A stretch of DNA of 64,000 nt from a virus: positions 1-64,000 of IMG/VR virus record IMGVR_UViG_3300009008_003296; one strand, given 5' to 3'. The position numbers and the translations under genes are program-made. Of the stretch, positions 56,513 through 64,000 are shown one piece after another. The notes beneath the pieces were generated by a model. It was given only the letters and a program-made list of their open reading frames with translations, did not search any database and was not told the origin of the DNA. The first letter of the stretch is position 1. Each line of letters begins with the position of its first letter.

Positions 56513-56727
56513 ACGAAAAAAGGCCAAATAATAAATATGCGCGAAACAAACAAAAGGCCACCAAGAGGGCGTCGCTCGACCATGGAATATGTGAAATATG
56601 TGGGGGAGAGTTTAGAGCTTCTCATAATTTTGAAAAGGACTTGGAGTGTGAATTGATATGGGTCAAATATAAAAGAAAAACGATTTTAGTTTGCGACCAG
56701 TGTAAAAAAGAGTTAGAATCAACATAA
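56509..56727 (+). CDS. Small Zn-ribbon protein
   Basis: CEICG...CDQC. Confidence 0.55.
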   Translation: MNEKRPNNKYARNKQKATKRASLDHGICEICGGEFRASHNFEKDLECELIWVKYKRKTILVCDQCKKELEST

Positions 56728-56732
56728 TAATT

Positions 56733-56966
56733 ATGTATGCAGCATACAAAAACGAACCCCAATTTTCACATGATCCCGCTCCCGATAACACTCCGGTTAG
56801 ATCGCATCAAATAAGACTAAGTGACAAGCAAATTGATTCTCTTAAAAGCCTGAAAAGTAGAAATTACGGGGGCCTAACCTTAGGAGTAGCAAACGAATTT
56901 AATATCTTAGTATCAGTTGTTAACCAACTTACAGAAGACGATGAAGTTTTAGATAATTATGATTAA
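56733..56966 (+). CDS. Hypothetical protein
   Basis: ORF. Confidence 0.5.
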   Translation: MYAAYKNEPQFSHDPAPDNTPVRSHQIRLSDKQIDSLKSLKSRNYGGLTLGVANEFNILVSVVNQLTEDDEVLDNYD

Positions 56967-56972
56967 AAATTT

Positions 56973-57671
56973 ATGAAAAAGTTAAAAATACTACTATTAT
57001 TACTGACCGTGCTTATTGTTAGCGCCTCAGCAATAGCCGCTCCAACAATGCCGGGAAGCATAAAAATTTCTGGAGTAACACATAATAGCGTAAAAATAGA
57101 TTGGCGCGAATCTATCTCTATGAGCGGAGAAGGCAAAGTCATATACGAAGTTAAGATGCGTATTCGCAAGGGAGACAAGCCATCCGAGTGGGGGTTTCAT
57201 GGAGGTTGTTGTTTGTCAAGAGATAACAGCGTAATAGTTAGCGGTCTTTTGCCCGAAACGAAATACGAGATTAGAATAGTTGCGTACGACTCCTCTGGAG
57301 AAAACAGTAAAGCCCGAATGAAAGAGAACGCTTTTACTACTTTAGAAAAGCCAACTACATACCAAGTGCTAAAAAGTTTCCCTGTAGGATTTTCTCTGGT
57401 AAGCATTCCATTTAAATTTGTTGATAATACAGTAAAATATATATTTGGAACAGAAGCGTTCTTTAACAAACATCTTACGATCTACAAATACAATCGACAA
57501 ACTGGTTTTGCTATTAACAGTTATGACCTCGATTTTGGCTGGGATGACGAATCAATGGTGCTGGAAGCTGGAGAAGCTATTTGGATACTGAACGATTCCC
57601 CCAGCGGAGAGATAAGACATAGAGCGTTCAGAGGAAATGTTTCAGACAAGTGGCGAGAGATAGATGAATAA
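56973..57671 (+). CDS. Secreted fibronectin type III domain protein
   Basis: Signal peptide MKK...ASA; APTMP..I...VT..SV.IDW...SGLLPETKYEIRIVA.D. Confidence 0.8.
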   Translation: MKKLKILLLLLTVLIVSASAIAAPTMPGSIKISGVTHNSVKIDWRESISMSGEGKVIYEVKMRIRKGDKPSEWGFHGGCCLSRDNSVIVSGLLPETKYEIRIVAYDSSGENSKARMKENAFTTLEKPTTYQVLKSFPVGFSLVSIPFKFVDNTVKYIFGTEAFFNKHLTIYKYNRQTGFAINSYDLDFGWDDESMVLEAGEAIWILNDSPSGEIRHRAFRGNVSDKWREIDE

Positions 57672-57674
57672 GTA

Positions 57675-57860
57675 ATGCCTTGTAACACTAATATAACCTG
57701 CGTTTGCCAATTAGAAGTTTCCGATGCTGACGAATACGAAGCTCTACAAGAAGTAGTTGAAATGATCGAAAAAAAATACGAGCTGTCCGAAAATGTCACT
57801 CTAACAGTGAAAGAAACAGTGACGACATCTTCATCGGGCTGCGGTGTAAACTATAAATAA
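57675..57860 (+). CDS. Hypothetical protein
   Basis: ORF. Confidence 0.5.
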   Translation: MPCNTNITCVCQLEVSDADEYEALQEVVEMIEKKYELSENVTLTVKETVTTSSSGCGVNYK

Positions 57861-57864
57861 GAAA

Positions 57865-57954
57865 ATGTCCAATAAACATAAAATTATATGGTGGCTTATT
57901 ATTTTAGGGGCTATAATTCTAAATTGCGTACTAGCTGCTAAATATTTAACTTGA
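57865..57954 (+). CDS. Small membrane peptide (29 aa)
   Basis: MSNKHKIIWWLIILGAIILNCVLAAKYLT, downstream of a GTGTA motif. Confidence 0.4.
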   Translation: MSNKHKIIWWLIILGAIILNCVLAAKYLT

Positions 57955-58151
57955 AAATATTAAAAAATTTATGGTTAATCTGGTGTCGTACAGTCGATCA
58001 TCGCATAGGCAAAACAGATGAAGATGAGCCAGACATTCCTATACTTTCTTTGCGGCAGGCTCAAGTTAGTCTTTTTTTAAGAACTTTTATAATTTTGGTG
58101 AACTTAATTACTTGTTTTTTTATCGTGGCGAATATAATACATAAATGGTAA
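57951..58151 (+). CDS. Small membrane protein
   Basis: W..W N-terminus and hydrophobic C-terminal RT.I...N.ITC.FIVANIIH.W. Confidence 0.6.
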   Translation: MKILKNLWLIWCRTVDHRIGKTDEDEPDIPILSLRQAQVSLFLRTFIILVNLITCFFIVANIIHKW

Positions 58152-58153
58152 TT

Positions 58154-58276
58154 ATGAAGAAAAAAAAGCCAAATAAATTTATCGCACGAGAGAAACCTAA
58201 AACGAGTTGTGAATTTGTTCCATTTACGATTGAAAATTTTCCAAATAAAAAATATAATATAACATTTGAAATATGA
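58154..58276 (+). CDS. Small hypothetical protein (40 aa)
   Basis: Hand-translated MKKKKPNKFIARE...; ATGA overlap downstream. Confidence 0.4.
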   Translation: MKKKKPNKFIAREKPKTSCEFVPFTIENFPNKKYNITFEI

Positions 58277-58362
58277 ACGAAAAAATGCCAAATAAGATGT
58301 GTGCGCGAGAGTCAAAAGTGAACGAAAAATCGCCAAATAAGATGCGCGTGCGGGAGGCCGAC
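58273..58362 (+). repeat. Imperfect 45-nt tandem duplication containing CCAAATAAGATG
   Basis: atgaacgaaaaaatgccaaataagatg vs gtgaacgaaaaatcgccaaataagatg. Confidence 0.8.
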
Positions 58363-58476
58363 CACTATTTTAAAATTTTAAATAAAATCCAAAAAGAGCG
58401 GAGCCAAATAAATTTTGATAGTCTTTATGCTCGCCAAATGATTGCAGCCAAAATCGCTGACTCTTACGACCTTTGA
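58273..58476 (+). CDS. Hypothetical protein with 15-aa N-terminal duplication
   Basis: MNEKMPNKMCARESK / VNEKSPNKMRVREAD. Confidence 0.5.
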   Translation: MNEKMPNKMCARESKVNEKSPNKMRVREADHYFKILNKIQKERSQINFDSLYARQMIAAKIADSYDL

Positions 58477-58493
58477 GCAAAAAAAACAATACA

Positions 58494-58799
58494 ATGAATA
58501 AGATTTTTTTATTATTTTTAATTATTTTGACAGGATGCGCTTCTCCCCGAATTGCCCTTGAAAACAAACCTATTCCTTTCGTTAAGCCTCCATTGCCAGC
58601 CGGAATCGACTTGCGCGAAGTGGAGTGGCAAGTATTAAGCGTCAACACAAACGCTTGGTTTGCGCTAGATACTGAAAATTATTTAGGTCTTTCAAAAAAC
58701 ATGGTAGACATAGCTGAATACATACAAAAATTGCGGATTGTAACAGAGCAATATCAAACCAATTATAGCAAAATGTTCCCAAATAAGACAAATGACTAA
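58494..58799 (+). CDS. Lipoprotein, putative outer-membrane spanin
   Basis: Lipobox LTGC, Pro-rich segment and ALD.ENY..LSKN..DI..YI. Confidence 0.55.
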   Translation: MNKIFLLFLIILTGCASPRIALENKPIPFVKPPLPAGIDLREVEWQVLSVNTNAWFALDTENYLGLSKNMVDIAEYIQKLRIVTEQYQTNYSKMFPNKTND

Positions 58800-59253
58800 A
58801 ATTGCTATTGTAAGTGGAGGGTTCGACCCTGTTCATGTAGGTCATGTTGAGTTAATCAATCAAGCGAGTTCAATCGTAAGTCACGACGGAGGGGGCGTAA
58901 TCGTCATTCTTAATACAGATGAATTTTTAACACGCAAAAAAGGGAAGCCCTTTATGCCATTTTTTGAGCGTCAAATAATTTTAGAAAATTTAAAAAATGT
59001 TGACTTGGTAATAAAGCCGACCGATAAAGATGATACTGTCAGAGAAACCCTCAAGTCGCTTGCAAAATTGGCAGAGAATGAATACAAGTTATATTTTTGC
59101 CAAGGAGGGGATAGAACTTACGACAAGGACAACCCTTCTAATACGCCCGAACACGATGTATGCAAAGAAGTGGGCATTGAACCGATTTATGGATTAGGAG
59201 ACAAAGTTCAAAGTAGCAGTTGGCTCATAAAAAACAGTAGTAAAAAGAATTAA
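58792..59253 (+). CDS. HxGH cytidylyl/adenylyltransferase (HldC/TagD-like)
   Basis: SGGFDPVHVGH, KKGKPFMP..ER, GGDR and QSSS. Confidence 0.85.
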   Translation: MTKIAIVSGGFDPVHVGHVELINQASSIVSHDGGGVIVILNTDEFLTRKKGKPFMPFFERQIILENLKNVDLVIKPTDKDDTVRETLKSLAKLAENEYKLYFCQGGDRTYDKDNPSNTPEHDVCKEVGIEPIYGLGDKVQSSSWLIKNSSKKN

Positions 59254-59287
59254 ACAAAACTTTTAAAAACTTTTTTTAGTTTTGGGC

Positions 59288-59315
59288 TTGACTTATTTTG
59301 CAGGGGTGCTATACT
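59288..59315 (+). promoter_or_regulatory. Promoter TTGACT-N16-TATACT (extended TG)
   Basis: Read directly; 10 nt before the rIIA ATG. Confidence 0.7.
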
Positions 59316-59325
59316 TGGTTCCGTT

Positions 59326-61728
59326 ATGATTACTAAACAGTCCGATATTAACCTCAAGCAATCGCAAGATTTCAAATCCTATACCTTTGGGATTAAGGAT
59401 ACAGGTCTTGCTCATATCTTCAATGTTCTGCGTAACCAGTTATACTCTGATAAGATTCTCGCAGTCATTAGAGAATACTCTGCAAACGCTATTGATGCTC
59501 ACGCCGAACTTGGCAAGCAATCAACCCCAATCAAAGTTACCCTTCCTAACAAACTAAACCTCAAGTTAAAGATTCGTGATTTTGGTCGAGGGTTGACCGA
59601 AAACCAGATTGGTGAGATTTACGCAATGTATGGAGAATCTACCAAGCGCGGCACAAACCAGCAAGTTGGTCAGTTGGGCCTTGGATGCAAGTCAGCATTT
59701 GCTTATGGTGATAATTTTGTAATTAACTCCTTTGTAGGTGGGAATGTTACTTCTTACAATGCTTTCATTGACCCATCTCAAGTTGGTCGAATATCTAAAT
59801 TGCATAGCAAAAAGACCAAGGAAAAGAACGGTATCGAAATTGAGATACCTGTCAATCAAGATGATGTTGACGCATTTAGAGAAAAAGCGATTGACCTTTT
59901 CCAGAATTTTGAGGTAAAACCCGATATAGAGGGGCAATCTATCCAAGATGCCATTAGTGATGGTGATGTTCTTATCGGTAGCGATGACGGTTCATGGAAA
60001 GTGATTCGTAATTCATCGTCAGTTGCCGTGATGGGTAACATTCCTTATCCTATTGATGGGTATGCGATGGATTTTGATTACCGAGAGGAAGCGCATCTAC
60101 GAACTTTAGTAAATTTGGGGGTGCGCTTGCGTGTCGATATTGGGGATTTGGAGGTTGCGGCTAGTCGTGAAGCACTTCAATACACCAAGGCAACGAAAGA
60201 GTCTATACGCAAAAAGTTGCAAGAGATTGTGGATGCCTTACCTACTTTATTGGGCCAAAGATTTAGTGAATGTAAATCAATGTGGGAAGCAAAATGTCTC
60301 TATCAAGCGAGTTTTGGTTATGGTGGATTTGCTTACCATTTAAGTGATATTATGGATAAAAAGGGGGTCACTTGGGTAGATTCTCAAGGCAAATCCCACA
60401 AAATTACAGACGCTAGTTTTAAGTTTGCCGAAAACACTACGGGGGGTAGTGGATGCCTAATCTCTGTTTATGCGAAAAATCGCCACGGCAAGCGACGAGT
60501 TAAAAGCGATAAAGATTCTCGCGTTCACGCTTCTGGTGAGAAGATATTATTTGTAGAGGATGATAGAGATACCCATGTCGGTCGTATGAATCGTATTGCT
60601 CCCCTTTTGGAAAATTACGAAGGTCGTGCAGATGACGAGGACATGAAGGACAAACCTATCTACGATAAGATATATCTAATCCATTATGATTCCCCTGCAA
60701 TCAAGCGCAATGTTTTAGAGAAGAATAAGTTTGATGCACCTACTGAAAAACTGTCGTCACTTCATCCAGTTAAGTTGACCGTGGTTTATCCACGCGACAC
60801 TAGCGTAAAGCACGGTAACATAAATGCTGGAGGGGTTTCCAAGGCCAAGCATACTTCTAATGTTTTTGTTTTTGATACAGATTTCAACGGAGGTAACTGG
60901 CATCACCCTAAAAGCGATTTCTTTAAAATTCAAGAGGTAGAATTGGATAATATAAAAAATGGTGTCTATGTAATTTTAGATAAATTTTATATTAAAAACC
61001 CCGAAGGTGCAGAGCAGCATCCGAACACAATCAAGGAAATGACTGCATCCTATAAAGGTTTAACAGGAAAAGACTTGCCCACGGTGTATGCCTTTAAAGT
61101 GAAACAAGAGGATGTTCCTAAAAAACAAAAAGGATGGACAGACTTACATTCTTGGTATAAAGCCGCAGTTAACAAGTATCTTGAAGATAACTCACTTACA
61201 CAAGAGTTTGTTGATTCCGAAGCAGCGAGCAAACATCTAGGAAATAGTGACCATTGTGACTTTCATTTCCTGTTGCGTAAGATGGCCAAGTGCAAGGATG
61301 CGACAAACCATCGTAATCCCATTAAATCGGAGCCTTCTTTAGTGGAAGAAGCATTAAGCAAAATAGCACTTGACAACTCTCCCTTAAAGAAGTATCTTAA
61401 AGCAGTTGAATCTATGGTTCCAACTCAAGCTCAAGACAAGCAGATGCGAAACATTCGTGAGCAGTTGGGAAAAGACTTCAAAAATTGGCACAAGGGCGAT
61501 AAAGTTACTGTTTCGCATGACCTTGACAAGCTATATGCAAAAGTAATTAGAACCTACAAGATGCTCCATTATTACGAGGACAATTTCTTGTGCGGTTGGG
61601 GCTACCAAGGTCGTGATTTCAAAAAATCTTGGAAAGATTTGACCAACTATGCGAATCTGGTGGATGCTACTTATGTTCGCACTAACATTTTTGAAGAAGC
61701 AAATAAAATTGAAGCAAAAAAACAATAA
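59326..61728 (+). CDS. rIIA: rIIA-like protein (GHKL/HSP90-like N-domain)
   Basis: LYSDK..A.IREY..NA.DAH, IRDFGRGL, STK, G.LGLG.KS.FAY and SREALQY; adjacent to rIIB. Confidence 0.85.
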   Translation: MITKQSDINLKQSQDFKSYTFGIKDTGLAHIFNVLRNQLYSDKILAVIREYSANAIDAHAELGKQSTPIKVTLPNKLNLKLKIRDFGRGLTENQIGEIYAMYGESTKRGTNQQVGQLGLGCKSAFAYGDNFVINSFVGGNVTSYNAFIDPSQVGRISKLHSKKTKEKNGIEIEIPVNQDDVDAFREKAIDLFQNFEVKPDIEGQSIQDAISDGDVLIGSDDGSWKVIRNSSSVAVMGNIPYPIDGYAMDFDYREEAHLRTLVNLGVRLRVDIGDLEVAASREALQYTKATKESIRKKLQEIVDALPTLLGQRFSECKSMWEAKCLYQASFGYGGFAYHLSDIMDKKGVTWVDSQGKSHKITDASFKFAENTTGGSGCLISVYAKNRHGKRRVKSDKDSRVHASGEKILFVEDDRDTHVGRMNRIAPLLENYEGRADDEDMKDKPIYDKIYLIHYDSPAIKRNVLEKNKFDAPTEKLSSLHPVKLTVVYPRDTSVKHGNINAGGVSKAKHTSNVFVFDTDFNGGNWHHPKSDFFKIQEVELDNIKNGVYVILDKFYIKNPEGAEQHPNTIKEMTASYKGLTGKDLPTVYAFKVKQEDVPKKQKGWTDLHSWYKAAVNKYLEDNSLTQEFVDSEAASKHLGNSDHCDFHFLLRKMAKCKDATNHRNPIKSEPSLVEEALSKIALDNSPLKKYLKAVESMVPTQAQDKQMRNIREQLGKDFKNWHKGDKVTVSHDLDKLYAKVIRTYKMLHYYEDNFLCGWGYQGRDFKKSWKDLTNYANLVDATYVRTNIFEEANKIEAKKQ

Positions 61729-61743
61729 TTGAAAGAACAAAAA

Positions 61744-62568
61744 ATGATACCGTATATCCTAACAGACGATAGCCTAACCGTGGTGTTGAATGGAGAGTCC
61801 TACACCATGAACAAATCGAACCCCGCTTTCCGCAATGCTCTTGAAGCACTTGATAGCGATGATGCCGAGAAACTGGCAGCAATGTTCGACACACCCAAAG
61901 CAGTTACCGAGTATGTTGATGGCAACATCGAAGTGACAAGTGCGGGAGAGGTAAAGTATAAAGGTAGCGAGGTTCATAACCATGTGGTTGGTCGCATCCT
62001 GTCCTTTATGAGCGAGGGTTTACCTTACAAGCCTTTGGTGAAGTTCCTTGAGAAGTTGATGGAGAATCCATCACGCCGCTCAACTGAAGAACTGTATCGG
62101 TTTTTAGAGCATCGACAAATGCCCCTGACTCCTGACGGCAATTTTCTTGCCTACAAGGGAATCCGTGAAGATTATACCGATTGGTATAGTGGCAAATTCT
62201 CCAATAAGGTTGGTGAAACCTTGGAGATGCCGCGCAATGGGGTGTGCGATGATGCCAACCACGGATGTTCTTCGGGTTTCCATGCGGGTAGTTTGGAGTA
62301 TGCCGAGGGTTATGGTAACGGAGGTCATTTAATGGTTGTAGAAATCAACCCCAAGGATGTAGTGAGCGTTCCTCACGATTGCGACTGCCAGAAGTTACGC
62401 ACCGCAAAATATAAAGTGGTTGACCACTATAAAACCAAGTTGGCAGATACCTTCTGCGACGATTATTACGAGGATGACTATGATGATAATGAGTCTGGTG
62501 AGTCCTATGACGATGGTTACGATGCTGGCTACCAAGCCGCAATCGACAAAGTAAAAGCGAATCTCTGA
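61744..62568 (+). CDS. rIIB: rIIB-like protein
   Basis: NPS.RS..ELY.FL, T.DG.FLAYK, MPR..V.DD....CS.GFH.G...YA and P.DVVSVP.D....KLR...Y.V. Confidence 0.9.
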   Translation: MIPYILTDDSLTVVLNGESYTMNKSNPAFRNALEALDSDDAEKLAAMFDTPKAVTEYVDGNIEVTSAGEVKYKGSEVHNHVVGRILSFMSEGLPYKPLVKFLEKLMENPSRRSTEELYRFLEHRQMPLTPDGNFLAYKGIREDYTDWYSGKFSNKVGETLEMPRNGVCDDANHGCSSGFHAGSLEYAEGYGNGGHLMVVEINPKDVVSVPHDCDCQKLRTAKYKVVDHYKTKLADTFCDDYYEDDYDDNESGESYDDGYDAGYQAAIDKVKANL

Positions 62569-62593
62569 CAAGGGTTGTCGGTAGTCATAACAA

Positions 62594-62616
62594 GAGGGGG
62601 CGCGATGCGCCCCCTC
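62594..62616 (+). terminator. GC-rich hairpin after rIIB (terminator-like, weak U tract)
   Basis: GAGGGGGCGC-GAT-GCGCCCCCTC, a perfect 10-bp stem. Confidence 0.7.
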
Positions 62617-62664
62617 CCTTCTACCAAAAACTAACTGTCATACAATTTATTTAAATTTTTTAAA

Positions 62665-62925
62665 ATGGAGAACATAGAATCATTCACTTCACTTGACGCT
62701 GACCTTGGTAGCCAGTTTATCTGTTCAAAAACAATCAACATCCAATTTAGTGGAGAGGATTTAAAAAATCTGCTGGCGTTGAAGGAGACGCAAGGCATCA
62801 ACTTGCAGTTTGGGAGTGATGGTAACGGCAGTATCAAGCAATATGTAACAAATGAACAGTTTGATACCTTGCATGAGTTATTGGATATTGTTTTAGAAGG
62901 AGTTTGCAATTACAACCTAGCATGA
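62665..62925 (+). CDS. Hypothetical protein
   Basis: ORF. Confidence 0.55.
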   Translation: MENIESFTSLDADLGSQFICSKTINIQFSGEDLKNLLALKETQGINLQFGSDGNGSIKQYVTNEQFDTLHELLDIVLEGVCNYNLA

Positions 62926-63134
62926 CTAAAATTATATTTGAAGATGATGGCGGTGAAAAAGTCACCCTTGAAGGAGACTTTGTTCAAATCGGAGACTTGT
63001 TTCAAGCGTTAAAGAGAATGTGTCTAGCATGGGGCTACCATCCAGACAATGTTCAAGAATTATTTCAAGACTGCGAGAACTGGGCAAACGAAAGAACGGT
63101 TGAATCATTTTGCTGTGCGGATAAAAAAGAATGA
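62922..63134 (+). CDS. Hypothetical protein
   Basis: ATG at 62922; AWGYHPDNV. Confidence 0.55.
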   Translation: MTKIIFEDDGGEKVTLEGDFVQIGDLFQALKRMCLAWGYHPDNVQELFQDCENWANERTVESFCCADKKE

Positions 63135-63346
63135 AAATTTTTAACTTTATTAAAGACGAGTTGTGTGTCCCTATTGCCGCGCACAATCTCCAAGAAGCAC
63201 AAGAGTCCTTTTTTAAGACCGAGGGCTATAAGATAGAGGTGGACAAACTTCGTTCGCCTGACGATGACAAAGACCAGTTTAAACTATTCGACATGAAAAA
63301 ACTGGAACAAGAATGGAATAAAGTAGAAGAAGGAGAACCAATTTAA
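63131..63346 (+). CDS. Hypothetical protein
   Basis: ATGA overlap. Confidence 0.55.
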   Translation: MKIFNFIKDELCVPIAAHNLQEAQESFFKTEGYKIEVDKLRSPDDDKDQFKLFDMKKLEQEWNKVEEGEPI

Positions 63347-63850
63347 ATGACACATATTGAATTAAAAGAATACTTTGAACAACAACGAACAATGGGACTA
63401 AAAACTAGACACATCGAGCAAAACGAAAAGCAGATAAAGCAGCATCTTGCCTCTGTTAGAGCAGCAAAAATCTCCAAGCAAGTGTTTTGGGAAAAAAACC
63501 AGTATATTGGTCACAACCCTAAAATTACTCCAGAGCAAATCATTGCCAAAACTTCTACTGACAAGTTCCCGTGCGATGCTATTACGGTTCGCTTCCATTC
63601 TTTGAAACACAAGGTGGCTACTGCTTATTTTTATGGTAAATCGGAGACTCGCAAGTTCGGTAACAATCACACATGGACTTATCCTGCAAGCAAATTAACG
63701 GTAACTTTCCCTAATACGAATCCCTCTAATGGGCGTAGAGCATGGGGCTACGCATATCAAGGAGACTTGCATAACAGCATGAGTCGGCAAGAAGTGGATA
63801 TTACCTTGGATTACATTGAAGATGTTTTGTCAGATTTTCTAAACCTTTAA
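63347..63850 (+). CDS. Hypothetical protein
   Basis: ORF. Confidence 0.6.
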   Translation: MTHIELKEYFEQQRTMGLKTRHIEQNEKQIKQHLASVRAAKISKQVFWEKNQYIGHNPKITPEQIIAKTSTDKFPCDAITVRFHSLKHKVATAYFYGKSETRKFGNNHTWTYPASKLTVTFPNTNPSNGRRAWGYAYQGDLHNSMSRQEVDITLDYIEDVLSDFLNL

Positions 63851-63864
63851 GTGTATAATTTATC

Positions 63865-64000
63865 ATGGCATTAGGACAAAAGTATTCCATAGGAGACAGC
63901 AAGACCTCCATGTATTTTTGGGCAAACAATGATGCAGAAGCAATTCAGTTTGTTAAGCACCATAAATTTACCATGACCAAGGATACTCGCCTCACCAATC
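63865..64000 (+). CDS. 3'-truncated hypothetical protein
   Basis: ATG after GTGTATAAT; the frame is open to the window end. Confidence 0.5.
   Translation, partial: MALGQKYSIGDSKTSMYFWANNDAEAIQFVKHHKFTMTKDTRLTN

Noticed and set aside
12-63670. Numerous short minus-strand ORFs and nested plus-strand ORFs in the ORF track
   Set aside because: All overlap longer, motif-bearing plus-strand genes and have no recognisable motifs; they are shadow ORFs.
1-64000. Stop-codon recoding (common in some jumbo phages)
   Set aside because: Conserved genes are full length in code 11, coding density is high, and TAA, TAG and TGA all end genes.

Overview
This window looks like part of a large (jumbo-type) dsDNA bacteriophage genome. 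Essentially every credible gene is on the + strand and tightly packed, often with TAATG/ATGA overlaps and almost no Shine-Dalgarno sequences. No ribosomal or central housekeeping genes are present. There are four blocks. (1) 1-13.6 kb is a glycan/nucleotide-sugar cluster: GT34-, GT25- and GT10-like transferases, HldE-type and HddA-type heptose kinases, Gmd, Fcl, and an unusual cupin-NTP-transferase-kinase / AroE-like / GatZ-like / HAD module. (2) 13.6-40 kb covers replication and nucleotide metabolism: class II RNR, RecA, DnaB, primase, Cas4-like nuclease, a DNA Pol III alpha in three pieces, tRNA-Thr with an adjacent HNH gene, a SET-domain gene, ClpA/C, two (E/D)ATGP-repeat proteins, an SSB-like gene, a tubulin/FtsZ homolog, an annealase, a putative minimal histone and dCMP deaminase. 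(3) 40.5-55.5 kb is a second glycan cluster: two TibC/Aah-like protein O-heptosyltransferases, a 1534-aa five-domain glycan enzyme, a carbamoyltransferase, a ColD-like enzyme and a GNAT / citryl-CoA-lyase-like / unknown trio. (4) 55.5-64 kb holds separated spanin-like genes, small ORFs, a secreted FN3 protein and rIIA/rIIB. The best candidate for a new system is phage-encoded protein O-heptosylation, with its own NDP-heptose supply and candidate Ser/Thr acceptor proteins. Other leads are a histone-fold/SET/tubulin toolkit, a probable ATT start codon and two promoter classes. All family calls come from motif recognition by eye; no database searches were run.
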